Assembly: GCA_040753175.1 (NCBI GenBank)
Contig: JBFMEW010000016.1
Span: 27,732 to 91,731 of the forward strand
Reading direction: 5' to 3'
From: Acidobacteriota bacterium
Lineage (GTDB): Bacteria > Acidobacteriota > Terriglobia > Versatilivoradales > Versatilivoraceae
DNA length: 64,000 nucleotides
A program made the translations under genes and the position numbers. Under the pieces are notes generated by a model. It searched no databases. It was given only the letters and a program-made list of their open reading frames with translations, and was not told the origin of the DNA. Of this stretch, positions 26,709-37,268 are shown piece after piece; the first letter of the stretch is position 1, and the number at the start of each line of letters is the position of its first letter.

Positions 26709-29700
26709 TTAGGCTGGGTTTGGCGAGGAAGACGAAAGGTCATAGTGCGGACTGGCTGGATCGTCAGGATCGATGGAAGGCGAGGTCGTTCCCGCACGAC
26801 CTTCCAGGGAGGCAAAGGCCGAGGGAATCACGAGCAAAGTCGTCACGGTAGCAGCCGCCAACCCGCCCATCACAGCGATTCCCAGCGGGGCCGTTTGCTC
26901 CGTCCCGAAGGCCAACGGCAACATGCCCGCAATCATCACGGCGCTGGTCATCAGGACGGGACGCAGGCGCGTGGTTGCAGCCTGGATGGCGGCCTCTTCC
27001 GCCGACCGGCCCCGGCGCCGGGCTTGATCCGCAAAGGTACACAGCAGGATCGTGTTGGCTACGGAGATGCCCACCGCCATCATGGATCCCATGAAGGATT
27101 GCAGGTTCAACGTCGTTCCAGTCAGGAACAACGACAGAGTGACTCCGGATAGAACAGCCGGCACGGCCAGCAGTACGGTAACCGCCACACGAATTGACTG
27201 AAAATAGGCGGCTAACAGAAGGAAGACGGCGATGATCGAGAGCAGCAGGCCCAGGATCAGGTTCTGGACCATCAGTTTCAAAGGAGCGATCTGACCGCGG
27301 ACGGCGACGGTGAGCCCCCGAGGCGGCTCCGGTAGTCGGGCCAGGACAGAAGAAATCTGGTTGGACACTCGGTTGAGGTCGGTGCCCTGAATATTCGCAT
27401 TCACGGTCACCATGCGCTGCATGTTGTGGCGATGATATTCTCCCGAAATCGATCCATAGCTCAAATGGGCCACATCCCCCAGCAAAATGGGTCCCGGGTC
27501 GCCGCTCTTGATCGGAAGGCGCTGAAGATCTTCCATCGAAGAAACGCGAGACTGAGGCAACTCCACCTGAACCTGGTAGGCAATCCCCGACCGGGGGTCC
27601 GCCCAGAACACCGGCGTGGTGAATCGGCTGGACCAGGTGGCGGGAGCCAGGGCTCGACCGATTTCAGAAACCGTAAGCCCCAACTGGGCCGAGCGTTCCC
27701 GGTCCACCTGGATGTTGACGCTCGGGTAATCCAGCAGCTCACCGAACTGCACGTCCCGTAACGAGGGGATCTGCCTCAACTGCGCGGCAATCGTCTCCGC
27801 ATACTCCCGGTTGGTAGCCAGATTCGGACTGGTCACCGCGATCTCCACGGGCGTGGGCGCGCCGAAGCTCATAACCTGGCTGACCAGATCCGCGGCCTCA
27901 AAAGACAGGCTGGCGCCCGGGGCAATCTCCGATATGCGCTGCCGTAAACGGTCCTGCAATTGGACCGTTGAAACACCGGCATCCCGTTTCACGGCCACCT
28001 GGACCACCGCTTCATGCGGTCCACTGGTCCATAGGAAGATCAGGTTCACCGGATAGGAGGAGGGCTGCACGCCGATGAAGGCGAGGGAACTCTGAATGTT
28101 TGACGGGCCAACCTGGCGGCCGATTTCGGCCAGTACATCCTGTGTGATTCTTTCGGTGCGCTCGACTCGCGTGCCGGTGGGAGCCCGCAGGCGCATTTGG
28201 ACCAGGCCGGTGTCAACCTGCGGGAAGATGTCGGTGCCCAGCATTCTGCCCAGCCCAACCACCACCCCAGCGGCCAGCAGCAGGTAGCCTCCACAAACGG
28301 CCCAGCGCCTCCGCACCAAACGATGAGACAGTGCTTCGAAACGGTTCCGAAAGCGCTCGAACCCGGAACCCGCCTTCGCTCGCTTCGAATGTTCCCGGCT
28401 CAACCAGGTCTCCAGGATGGGCACCAGGCTGCCGGCCAGAAAGTAGGAGGCGATCATCGCGAACGCCACCGCCAGGCCCATTGGAACGAACAGGGCGCGG
28501 GCCACTCCCTCCATGAAGAAAGAGGGAACGAATACGGAAACGACCGATAGCATGGCCAGCAACCTCGGAATCACCACCTCGCGACTGGCGTCCAGCACGG
28601 CTCGAGCCACGGGTTTGCCAAGCCCGAAGTGCGTGTGAATGTTCTCGACTGCGACCACGGATTCGTCCACCAGAATGCCGATGGCCAAAGTCAAGCCACC
28701 CAGAGTCATGAGATTCAGGGACTGACCGGCCGCCCACAACGCTACCACGGCGGAGAGCAACGCCACGGGAATAGTGGTCACCACCACCAGCGCGGTACGC
28801 AGACTGCGCAACATGATCAGAATCATCAGGCCCGTGAGCAGAGCGCTCATCAAACCCTCGAAGAGCAGGGCTCGCAGTGAGTTGGTCACGTAGAAGGACT
28901 GGTCCAGTTCGAATGAGACCTTGATGTCGTCCGGAATTGCGGCTTGAAAGGAGGGCAGCGCTTGCTTGATGCGTCTCACCACGTCGAGGGTAGAAGCATC
29001 CGCCCGTTTGGTGGCGGCAATGTAAACCGCCCGGCGGCCGTTCACCAGCGCATAGCTGGTGAGGATGTCGGCTCCATCCTCGGCGTAACCGACATCGCGC
29101 AGGAAAACAGTGGGTCCCGCTCCCTGTCGGAGGGGTACGCTGTTGAGTTCGGTGGCTTCAGCCACCGTGGAATTGAGGGGAGCGATCCGGTTCAAGTCGC
29201 CAATGCGGACATTGCCGGAGGGAGACAGCGTGTTGGTCCTGGCGATAGCCTGGACAATCTCGTCCGGCGACATCTGGTAGGCCCTCAGGCGCTCCGGATC
29301 CACTCGAACCACCAGGCTGCGAGCCGTGCCGCCGAAGGGAGGTGGAGCCGAAACTCCCGGCAGTCTCGAAAACATCGGCCGTACGCGAAAAAGGGCCAGG
29401 TCCGAAATCTCATCCACTCCCCGCGTCTCGCTTGAAAACACCAGGTAGCCGACGGGAACGCTGCCCGAGTCGAACCGCGCAACGAACGGCGGAACGGTTC
29501 CGGGAGGCATGAATGACCGCGCACGGTTGACCTGTGCCACCGTCTCGGCCATGGCCTGAGACATGTTGGTGCCCTCATGAAATCGCAGCTTCATGATGGC
29601 CGCGCCCTGGATGGAACGGGATTCCACGTAGTCGATGCCGCTGACGTACAGGAAATGGTACTCGTAGTAATTGACCAGGTAGCCTTCCATCTGGACGGGA

Positions 29701-29864
29701 TCCATGCCGCCGTACGGCTGGGCCACGTAGATCACCGGCGTGCCAAGCTCCGGAAAGATGTCGGCTTTCATGCGCTGCAGGGCCAGGATGGAACACGAGG
29801 CCACGCCGATGATAGCCATCAGAATCGTGATGGGACGGCGCATGGCCGTATGGATCAGCCACAT
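26709..29864 (-). CDS. RND efflux permease (AcrB/CzcA superfamily)
   Basis: 1051 aa. The N-terminus MRRPITILMAIIGV, 12 predicted TM helices and two large periplasmic loops are typical of RND pumps. Confidence 0.92.
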   Translation of the reverse strand: MWLIHTAMRRPITILMAIIGVASCSILALQRMKADIFPELGTPVIYVAQPYGGMDPVQMEGYLVNYYEYHFLYVSGIDYVESRSIQGAAIMKLRFHEGTNMSQAMAETVAQVNRARSFMPPGTVPPFVARFDSGSVPVGYLVFSSETRGVDEISDLALFRVRPMFSRLPGVSAPPPFGGTARSLVVRVDPERLRAYQMSPDEIVQAIARTNTLSPSGNVRIGDLNRIAPLNSTVAEATELNSVPLRQGAGPTVFLRDVGYAEDGADILTSYALVNGRRAVYIAATKRADASTLDVVRRIKQALPSFQAAIPDDIKVSFELDQSFYVTNSLRALLFEGLMSALLTGLMILIMLRSLRTALVVVTTIPVALLSAVVALWAAGQSLNLMTLGGLTLAIGILVDESVVAVENIHTHFGLGKPVARAVLDASREVVIPRLLAMLSVVSVFVPSFFMEGVARALFVPMGLAVAFAMIASYFLAGSLVPILETWLSREHSKRAKAGSGFERFRNRFEALSHRLVRRRWAVCGGYLLLAAGVVVGLGRMLGTDIFPQVDTGLVQMRLRAPTGTRVERTERITQDVLAEIGRQVGPSNIQSSLAFIGVQPSSYPVNLIFLWTSGPHEAVVQVAVKRDAGVSTVQLQDRLRQRISEIAPGASLSFEAADLVSQVMSFGAPTPVEIAVTSPNLATNREYAETIAAQLRQIPSLRDVQFGELLDYPSVNIQVDRERSAQLGLTVSEIGRALAPATWSSRFTTPVFWADPRSGIAYQVQVELPQSRVSSMEDLQRLPIKSGDPGPILLGDVAHLSYGSISGEYHRHNMQRMVTVNANIQGTDLNRVSNQISSVLARLPEPPRGLTVAVRGQIAPLKLMVQNLILGLLLSIIAVFLLLAAYFQSIRVAVTVLLAVPAVLSGVTLSLFLTGTTLNLQSFMGSMMAVGISVANTILLCTFADQARRRGRSAEEAAIQAATTRLRPVLMTSAVMIAGMLPLAFGTEQTAPLGIAVMGGLAAATVTTLLVIPSAFASLEGRAGTTSPSIDPDDPASPHYDLSSSSPNPA

Positions 29865-29882
29865 GGGAGCACTCTTCTCTTT

Positions 29883-31262
29883 CTATGGCGTGGCCAGTTG
29901 GAGGAAGGGAGCCAAATCGCCTTCGGCCGCCTGCTGGGCGAGCAAAGCTCTCCACACGTTGAGACGAGACAAACCGTTGTCGATCTCCGCCTGGGCCAGA
30001 ACGCGCTGGGTGTCGGCCACTTCAACCAGCGTGGCCAGTCCCGCCTTGTATCGGGCTTGCGCCTGTGCTTCGGCCGCACGAGCTGCTGCCAGCTGCGCCG
30101 GCGCCAGCTCCGCCAGTTGTCTTGCGGCTTCAAGCGCGGCCTGCGTTTGTGTGCGCTTCGTTTCAAGCTGAGTCATCAGCAGACGGTAACGGGCTTCTTC
30201 GGTACGAATGCGAGCCGATTCCTCCGCTTGCTGGGCCCGAATGGGAGCGTAATCGAGAAGGGGAAACCGCACGGTCAGCCCTAGTCCCCAGTTATAGAAC
30301 GTTGGGGCCAATCCGTTGGCGCCCCCCAGCGACGTGGCGTCCGGACGCACGCCGGTACCGCGCGCGTAAGTGGTTGCCTGAATCGAGAAGCGTGGCGTCC
30401 AAGCCTGCTCCAGAGTCCTGGCGCGTGCCTTGCTTTCCGCCACGATCGCGCCCTGCTCCCGAGCCAAAGGGTTCTGTTCCAGAGCGGTATGGCCGCCTGG
30501 AAAAGCGTCCTGGTTCGGCAGTTCCAGGAATCGGCCTTCGACGGCTGTGATCGAATCGGGCGGACTCCCAACCAATCCCGCCAGCAAGGCTTTGGCTTCA
30601 GCCACAGCCTGGCGGCTGCGGATCAACTGACCTTGCGCCACGGCCAGTTCGGCTTGAGCTGCCGTCGCGTCTGCTCCGGGGCGCAGTTGCGCCTCCACCA
30701 GGGAATCCACCACCTTCAGCAAAATGCGACTTCGTTCCACGCTGGCTGTGGCCGCCTTGACCGTTTCCTGAGCGGCCAGCACGGTTAAGTAAGAGTCTGC
30801 CGCTGCAGTCGCCGCCTCAAATTGCGTTCGGGCTACCGAGAGGTCCGCCCGGCGCCGGCCGCTCTCAGCCAGCTCGACCCGTGAGCGCCGCTGGCCGAAG
30901 TCGAACGGTTCCCAATCCACCAGAAGGCCCACCGCGCTGCCGAAGACGCTGGCTGTGCTGTTCTCGAACACGGGAGGGCCGCTGATCGGCGAGATCACAG
31001 ACTGCTGCAGCAACATGCCGTAAATGTTGTTTCGGGTCGCCCGGTTGGCCTGGGCCAAGGCATCGAAACGGGGCAGAAAACTCGTCCGCGCCAGGCGGAT
31101 TCGCGCCGCCGCTTCCTCCACCTGGGCGAGTGAAACCTGAACGGTGGGATACTGTCGTTGGGCTTGGTCAACCGCCTCTCTGAGACTCAGGGCTCTTTGG
31201 CCCCACCCCGAGGTCGCCATCAGCACACATACCGGCCACAACATCACCACGCATTTGCTCAT
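29883..31262 (-). CDS. TolC-family outer membrane efflux protein
   Basis: Signal peptide MSKCVVMLWPVCVLMATSGWG after TGGAGAA, and a duplicated alpha-helical/beta-barrel repeat pattern. The ORF-track start at 31505 would overlap padR. Confidence 0.85.
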   Translation of the reverse strand: MSKCVVMLWPVCVLMATSGWGQRALSLREAVDQAQRQYPTVQVSLAQVEEAAARIRLARTSFLPRFDALAQANRATRNNIYGMLLQQSVISPISGPPVFENSTASVFGSAVGLLVDWEPFDFGQRRSRVELAESGRRRADLSVARTQFEAATAAADSYLTVLAAQETVKAATASVERSRILLKVVDSLVEAQLRPGADATAAQAELAVAQGQLIRSRQAVAEAKALLAGLVGSPPDSITAVEGRFLELPNQDAFPGGHTALEQNPLAREQGAIVAESKARARTLEQAWTPRFSIQATTYARGTGVRPDATSLGGANGLAPTFYNWGLGLTVRFPLLDYAPIRAQQAEESARIRTEEARYRLLMTQLETKRTQTQAALEAARQLAELAPAQLAAARAAEAQAQARYKAGLATLVEVADTQRVLAQAEIDNGLSRLNVWRALLAQQAAEGDLAPFLQLATP

Positions 31263-31386
31263 AAGTTCTCCATTGATCCGGAACGGGATGGCATCCTGGC
31301 CGGGAACTCTAAAAGCACAGATCAGTCCGCTCTTCTCCACTTCAGGGTTCTCAGCGCACGACTCCGGGGAAAATAGTTCTTCCTGG

Positions 31387-31728
31387 TCATGGCAGCACCT
31401 CTCGCGACAGTTCGGAGACCTTCTTCTTTGCGGCCAGCAAAACACGCCTGCCCGAGGGAGTAATTCGGTAATACTTGCGGACTTTGCCGGCCACGGTTTC
31501 CTCAAAGCTCTTCAGGAGTTTCTCTTGTTCCAAACCATGCAGGATGGGGTAGAGCGTTCCCGGGCTCAAGGAATAACCATGTCGCGCCAGTTCTTCGCTC
31601 AGCCAGATTCCATAGACAGGCTCACCCGAGGCGTGGTGCAGGATGTGTACTTTCACAAAGCCCAGAAACAGGTGTTTGAGAACGTCGGCCATGGCTGTAC
31701 TCGAATTCCGATAACGAGCGCCGATCAT
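31387..31728 (-). CDS. PadR family transcriptional regulator
   Basis: Winged-helix segment VYGIWLSEELARHGYSLSPGTLYPILHGLEQEKLL..KYYRITPSG. ATG at 31728 is preceded by AAGGAA. ATG at 31692 is an alternative. Confidence 0.85.
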   Translation of the reverse strand: MIGARYRNSSTAMADVLKHLFLGFVKVHILHHASGEPVYGIWLSEELARHGYSLSPGTLYPILHGLEQEKLLKSFEETVAGKVRKYYRITPSGRRVLLAAKKKVSELSREVLP

Positions 31729-31917
31729 AGGGTTCCTTTTCCCCCGAGTCAAGAGGCTGCTTTCAGATGCCCAGGTGAGGGCGAAGGGCGAACCAGGCGG
31801 CACAACCGGCGGCACTCGCCTTCTGTTACAATCAGCTTGGCTTGTCGGTTTTCATTTCTCGTGCGATGAAGGGACGAGTACAGACTCTGTTCAGGGAACC
31901 AGGGGAGGGGACTGATT

Positions 31918-32331
31918 ATGCCAAAGGTAAGCCGTGTTTTGGAGACCTGCCTGTACGTCGACGACGTGGAGCGGTCAGCCGGCTTTTATGAACGCCTTTT
32001 CGGCTTCAAAGCGCTGGATCGAGACGCGCGATTCTGCTCCCTCAGCGTGAACGATGAAGCCGTGTTGTTGTTGTTCAGGAAGGGGGCGACCACCCGGGAA
32101 ATTGCCACGGAGGGCGGGGTGATCCCGCCGCATGATGGGAACGGGTCACTGCATCTGGCGTTTTCCATTGCAGCCGAAGAATATGAGCCTTGGAAGAGGC
32201 AACTGGAAAACAGGGCTATACCTATCGAGAGCGAAGTGCACTGGACCCGAGGAGGAAAGAGCCTGTATTTTCGGGACCCCGACGACCATCTGATCGAGCT
32301 GGTGACGCCGGGATGCTGGAGCATTTACTGA
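31918..32331 (+). CDS. VOC (glyoxalase/bleomycin resistance/dioxygenase) family protein
   Basis: Pattern of LETCLYVDDVERSAGFYERLFGF .. HLAF .. SLYFRDPDDHLIEL. SD is GGGGAGGGG. Confidence 0.8.
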   Translation: MPKVSRVLETCLYVDDVERSAGFYERLFGFKALDRDARFCSLSVNDEAVLLLFRKGATTREIATEGGVIPPHDGNGSLHLAFSIAAEEYEPWKRQLENRAIPIESEVHWTRGGKSLYFRDPDDHLIELVTPGCWSIY

Positions 32332-32387
32332 TCCCGAAAACCTAGCCCGCCAAAACCGTTTCACGCGTCAGTCTCCATTTCTCACTC

Positions 32388-35300
32388 ATGAAATTCCATC
32401 GTCTGGTTCTAAGAAGTCTCACCTACTATTGGCGGTCGAACCTGACCGTTGTGATAGGGGTGGCCACGGCAGTTGCCGTGCTTTTGGGTGCGGTGCTGGT
32501 TGGGGACTCGGTTCGCGCCAGCCTGCGGGACCTGGTGCTCCAGCGCCTGGGCCGTGTGGACTCCATTCTGGTGGCAGAATCGTTCTTTCGCGACGAGTTG
32601 GCTGCGGCTCTCCAGTCTGATCCAGGCTTTCAATCCTCCTTTCGGGCTGCCGCCTCGATGATTGTCACTGAGGGCCTGGTGCTCCATCAGACCAGCGGCC
32701 GCCGTTCCGGTGGTGTGGCCGTCTATGGGGTGGATGACCGATTTTGGAATTTTCAGGGAATGCGTTCCTCATCGTCCGGTGGGTTTCCCAGCCCGACGGG
32801 CCGGGAAGTGCTGTGCAGTCCCGATCTGGCTCGGGAATTGGGCAGCCAAAGCGGCGATACACTGTTGCTGCGAGTCCCGAAACCATCCGACGTTCCGGCT
32901 GAAACGCTGCATGGACGTCGCGACGATGTGGGCGAGACGCTTCGCTTGAAGTTGCGCCAGGTGCTCCCGGCCGCTTGGCTGGGGGAATTCTCTCTACGTG
33001 CCGATCAGGGGCCGGTCAGGACTCTTTTTGTGTCACTTCCTCTTCTTCAGGAGATGCTGGCCACTGGGGGCCGCGTCAACACGATTGTGATTTCGGAAGC
33101 CGACAGCCGCGGTCGCGGTCAGCCGATCCGAGCGCTGCTGAGGAAGCATGCATCGTTAGCCGACCTGGGACTGAAAGTGAGAAGGCTGCCAAGTCAGGGG
33201 TGTCTGTCGGTCGAGGGGCAAGGAACGCTCATCGCAGACTCAGTTGCCGAGAAGGTGCTTCGGGTTTCGCAAGGGTTACAGGCTCGGGCCTTGCGCGTCT
33301 TCACCTATCTGGCGAACTCGATTCGTGCGCGAGATCGGGAGATCCCCTACTCATTGGTGACCGGGATCGAGGACCAAACCTTTGGCCGGCTGGCGAAATT
33401 GCAGGCAGAGTCGGCCAGGAGCGGTCAGGCTCCGAGCGGTTCCCAGGGGCCAATGCCTGGAGTGAATGCCCCGGCGCCGATTCTGCTGAATACCTGGGCG
33501 GCCCGGAATCTCCAGGCCGTGCCGGGAGATGAAATCGAACTGGAGTACTACGTCTGGACTGAGGGCCGCCTCGAGACCCGTACCAACCGATTTCGGTTTC
33601 ATGGTTTGGTTCCTGTGGAAGGTCGCGGACTGGACAGAGATCTCGCGCCCGAGTATCCGGGCATCACCGAGTCAGAGAACCTGAGCCATTGGGACCCGCC
33701 CTTTCCCATGGACCTGGGAAAGATTCGCCGTGAGGACGAAGACTACTGGCGCAACTATCGAACCACGCCGAAGGCTTTTGTTCCCCTCTCGGACGCCCAG
33801 CGCCTGTGGCAGTCACGTTTCGGATCGCTCAGTTCAATTCGGGTTTTCCCTCCGGACGGCCCACCGGCAGCACTGGACCGCAGCCGCGGTGCCCCAATCG
33901 AAACGCTGCAGGTCTCCTTTGAGGCAGGGCTGCGGGCCGAACTTGACCCCCTGGAGGATGGCTTCGTTTGGATCCCCGTGAAAGCGGACGGACTGCGCGC
34001 CTCGGCCGGCGCCACCGACTTCGGCCAGTACTTCTTTTACTTCAGCTTCTTTCTCCTGCTTTCCGCGATGCTCCTGGCGGGGCTGTTCTTTCGGCTGGGC
34101 GTGGAGCAGCGAGCTCGCGAGATCGGGACGCTGCAAGCCCTCGGGATTTCCGCCTCCCTGATTCGGAAATTATTTCTGGCTGAGGGAACTGTTCTGGCCC
34201 TGCTGGGCAGCGTGCTCGGCGGGCTGGCAGCCTGGCTCTACGGGAAAGGCATCCTTCTTGGCCTGCGGACCTGGTGGGTGGATGCCGTTGGAACGAAGCT
34301 GTTGTCGCTGCATGTTTCGCCCGGCTTGGTTGCGACCTGGTTGCCGGCCGGAATGTTTCTTGCCTGGTTTGGAATTGCCGTGACGTTGCGTGGCTTAGGC
34401 CGACGGACAACACGCAGCCTGCTGCTGACTGGAGCGCTGGAAGGTGGCGCGGAGACGAACTTTACACCTGATCGAAACCTTCAACCACCTCCGCGTCCGG
34501 CGTCGCGCCGGTTTCATTCCCCAAAGCTTCGGCTGGGCCTTGGCCTGGTTCTGGGGCTGAGCGGACTGCTGTTGATTGTGACTTCCAGTCTGGGTTGGCT
34601 GAACCAGACCGGTGGATTTTTTGGAGCAGGCATGTCGCTCCTCATTGCCCTCCTGCTCTTTCAGTCGGCCGCTTTGCGCCGGAGCCGGCAGCCGGCAGTG
34701 GAAGGTTCGGGGCTGGCTGCGCTTCTGCGGCTGGGGCTCCGCAACACCACGTCGCGTCCTGGTCGGAGTGTCCTGTGCATCACCTTGATTGCCTTCGCCT
34801 CCTTCATCATCGTGGCGGTGGAGGCCTTTCGTAAGGATCCGGCCTCCCAGTACCTCGACCGGAATTCGGGTACCGGAGGCTATCCATTGCAGGCCGAGTC
34901 GCTCTTGCCGTTGCTGTTCGATCCCAACACAGCCGAGGGGCAGGAGGCCTTGAACCTGCGGTCGTCTCAAGACTACGGTTTGCAGGGGGTTCGCTTCCTG
35001 TCCTTCCGGCTTCGTCCGGGGGATGACGCCAGTTGCCTCAATCTCTATCGACCTCAGAACCCGAGAGTGCTGGGAGTGCCCGACGAGCTGATTCAGGCCG
35101 GGCGCTTCGCATTTCAAAGTTCGCTGGCCAAAACGCCCGAGCAAAAGAAGAACCCTTGGCTGTTGCTGGACTCTAAGTCTTCTGACGGGGTTGTTCCCGC
35201 CATTGCCGATGCCAACTCGCTCGCCTACGTGTTGCATAAAGGCTTGGGTGACGACATTGAACTCCTGGCGGACGACGGTCGTCGTGTTCGTTTCCGCATC

Positions 35301-35906
35301 GTGGCGGCCTTGTCCGACAGTCTGTTCCAGAGCGAGATTCTGATTTCGGAAAGTGATTTTCTTCAAACGTTCCCCGAGCGAACCGGCCATCGGTTCTTCC
35401 TCATCGATGCCCCCCAAGGAGCAACCCCCAACGTGGTTGCCTACCTCGAGGAGCAACTGTCCGACTTCGGGTTCGATATCTCGTCCACCACGGAGCGCCT
35501 GGCTCGCTTTCATCGGGTGGAGAATACTTACCTCTCGACCTTCCAGGCTCTGGGTACTCTCGGCCTGGTGCTTGGAACGGTCGGACTGGCGGCTGTGTTG
35601 TTACGCAACGTTCTGGAGCGGCGGAGGGAACTGGCGTTGCTCCGGGCCGTGGGCTACACCTCCAACGATTTCGCGCTGCTGATCGGCGCCGAGAACTTGA
35701 TTCTCCTGGTCAGCGGTCTGGTGGTGGGGACGATCTCAGCGCTGCTGGCCATTATTCCGGTTTTAATGGAACGAGGCGGGCGGGCCCCGATTTCAGCGAT
35801 AGTGATGCTCCTTTTGACGGTGCTCTTGACGGGAGTGCTGGCCTCCTGGCTGGCTACCGCCACGGCGCTCAGGTCGCCCTTGTTGCAGGCGCTGAGAGCG
35901 GAGTAG
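32388..35906 (+). CDS. Giant ABC-type permease with two FtsX (MacB/LolC-like) domains
   Basis: 1172 aa. The N-terminal TM helix (NLTVVIGVATAVAVLLGAVLV) is followed by about 500 aa of extracytoplasmic region. FtsX-type 3-TM bundles lie near residues 545-690 and 1040-1170. No adjacent ATPase gene. Confidence 0.85.
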   Translation: MKFHRLVLRSLTYYWRSNLTVVIGVATAVAVLLGAVLVGDSVRASLRDLVLQRLGRVDSILVAESFFRDELAAALQSDPGFQSSFRAAASMIVTEGLVLHQTSGRRSGGVAVYGVDDRFWNFQGMRSSSSGGFPSPTGREVLCSPDLARELGSQSGDTLLLRVPKPSDVPAETLHGRRDDVGETLRLKLRQVLPAAWLGEFSLRADQGPVRTLFVSLPLLQEMLATGGRVNTIVISEADSRGRGQPIRALLRKHASLADLGLKVRRLPSQGCLSVEGQGTLIADSVAEKVLRVSQGLQARALRVFTYLANSIRARDREIPYSLVTGIEDQTFGRLAKLQAESARSGQAPSGSQGPMPGVNAPAPILLNTWAARNLQAVPGDEIELEYYVWTEGRLETRTNRFRFHGLVPVEGRGLDRDLAPEYPGITESENLSHWDPPFPMDLGKIRREDEDYWRNYRTTPKAFVPLSDAQRLWQSRFGSLSSIRVFPPDGPPAALDRSRGAPIETLQVSFEAGLRAELDPLEDGFVWIPVKADGLRASAGATDFGQYFFYFSFFLLLSAMLLAGLFFRLGVEQRAREIGTLQALGISASLIRKLFLAEGTVLALLGSVLGGLAAWLYGKGILLGLRTWWVDAVGTKLLSLHVSPGLVATWLPAGMFLAWFGIAVTLRGLGRRTTRSLLLTGALEGGAETNFTPDRNLQPPPRPASRRFHSPKLRLGLGLVLGLSGLLLIVTSSLGWLNQTGGFFGAGMSLLIALLLFQSAALRRSRQPAVEGSGLAALLRLGLRNTTSRPGRSVLCITLIAFASFIIVAVEAFRKDPASQYLDRNSGTGGYPLQAESLLPLLFDPNTAEGQEALNLRSSQDYGLQGVRFLSFRLRPGDDASCLNLYRPQNPRVLGVPDELIQAGRFAFQSSLAKTPEQKKNPWLLLDSKSSDGVVPAIADANSLAYVLHKGLGDDIELLADDGRRVRFRIVAALSDSLFQSEILISESDFLQTFPERTGHRFFLIDAPQGATPNVVAYLEEQLSDFGFDISSTTERLARFHRVENTYLSTFQALGTLGLVLGTVGLAAVLLRNVLERRRELALLRAVGYTSNDFALLIGAENLILLVSGLVVGTISALLAIIPVLMERGGRAPISAIVMLLLTVLLTGVLASWLATATALRSPLLQALRAE

Positions 35907-36004
35907 TGGATTTGCATGGAAGACCCTGCGGTGAGCCCGGCCGCATTCAGCAGGTCGGGAAAGTGGGCGCTTGTCGCTTCGTGATGGTCAGGGAGAGAAA
36001 AAGT

Positions 36005-37246
36005 ATGAGTCGAATTCATCTGTTCAAAACCACCTTCTTATGCGTCATTGGAGCCGGGTTGGCAGGATTGGTCGCTGCGGCGGAATGGCCGCAGTGGCGC
36101 GGACCGCACCGCGATGGAGCGGTGTCCTCTTTCGCAGCCCCCAAAGTCTGGCCCGAGAATCCCAAGCAAGTCTGGAGAACCACGGTGGGCGAAGGACATT
36201 CCTCTCCTCTGGTCTCCGGTGACCGCGTGTACCTTCACACGCGGCAAGGCGAGAATGAAACGGTGATGTGCCTGGAGCTGAAGACCGGCAAGCTTCTGTG
36301 GCAGGACCGGTATCCCGCCGAGTACACCATGAACCCGGCGGCGCGCAGTCACGGCAAGGGACCGAAATCCACACCGATTTTGAATCAGGGCCGTCTCTAC
36401 ACGCTGGGCATTTCCGGTATCCTCTCTTGCTACGAAGCCGCCACCGGCAGGCGCTTCTGGCAGAAGTCCTTCGGACAACGGTTCAAAGACACCTCGCCGC
36501 TTTACGGAACGGCCATGTCCCCTCTCATTGACCAGGGGGTGCTGGTGGTTCACGTGGGCGGGCACGATCAAGGCGCCTTACTCGCGCTGGACGCCGCCAG
36601 CGGTCAGGAAAAATGGTCCTGGAGCGGAGACGGACCCGGCTATGCCTCGCCTGTCGTGTTGGAGGTGGAGGGCACCCGGCAGATCGTCACTCAGACCCAG
36701 CAGAACATCGTTGGACTGTCCGCCACGGACGGACGTTTGCTGTGGAAAATTCCGTTCACGACGGAGTATGTCCAGAACATCGTGACGCCTCTGGTCTACC
36801 GGCAGTGGGTGATCGTTTCGGGCTTGGGTAAAGGCGTGAAAGCGCTTCGCATCGTGCGACAGGAAAACGGCTGGTACGCGCAGGAAGTGTGGAGTAACCC
36901 GGATGTCTCGATGTACATGAACTCGCCGGTGCTCAAAGAGCAGCTGTTGTTCGGGCTCTCCCACCGCAACAAGGGCCAGTTCTTCTGCCTGGACGCCAAT
37001 ACAGGAAAGGTGTTGTGGACCAGCCCCGGACGGCAGGGTGACAATGCGGCCATGCTTCGCGCCGGGGACTGGCTCATCTCGCTGACCAACGAAGCCCAGC
37101 TGATTGTGGGCAAAGCAGGTCCTGACAAGTTTCAAGTCTGGAAGCAGTACTCCATCGCCGACAGCCCTACCTGGGCTCATCCGGTACTGGTCGGAAGCCA
37201 GGTGCTGATCAAAGACTTGTCCACGCTAACGCTGTGGAGCTTCTGA
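36005..37246 (+). CDS. PQQ-like (BamB-type) beta-propeller repeat protein, secreted
   Basis: Signal peptide MSRIHLFKTTFLCVIGAGLAGLVAAAEW, the WPQWRGPHRDG motif and repeated propeller blades. ATG at 36005 is preceded by GGGAGAG. Confidence 0.85.
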   Translation: MSRIHLFKTTFLCVIGAGLAGLVAAAEWPQWRGPHRDGAVSSFAAPKVWPENPKQVWRTTVGEGHSSPLVSGDRVYLHTRQGENETVMCLELKTGKLLWQDRYPAEYTMNPAARSHGKGPKSTPILNQGRLYTLGISGILSCYEAATGRRFWQKSFGQRFKDTSPLYGTAMSPLIDQGVLVVHVGGHDQGALLALDAASGQEKWSWSGDGPGYASPVVLEVEGTRQIVTQTQQNIVGLSATDGRLLWKIPFTTEYVQNIVTPLVYRQWVIVSGLGKGVKALRIVRQENGWYAQEVWSNPDVSMYMNSPVLKEQLLFGLSHRNKGQFFCLDANTGKVLWTSPGRQGDNAAMLRAGDWLISLTNEAQLIVGKAGPDKFQVWKQYSIADSPTWAHPVLVGSQVLIKDLSTLTLWSF

Positions 37247-37268
37247 TCCATGGCCGGGAGAGTGGCCT

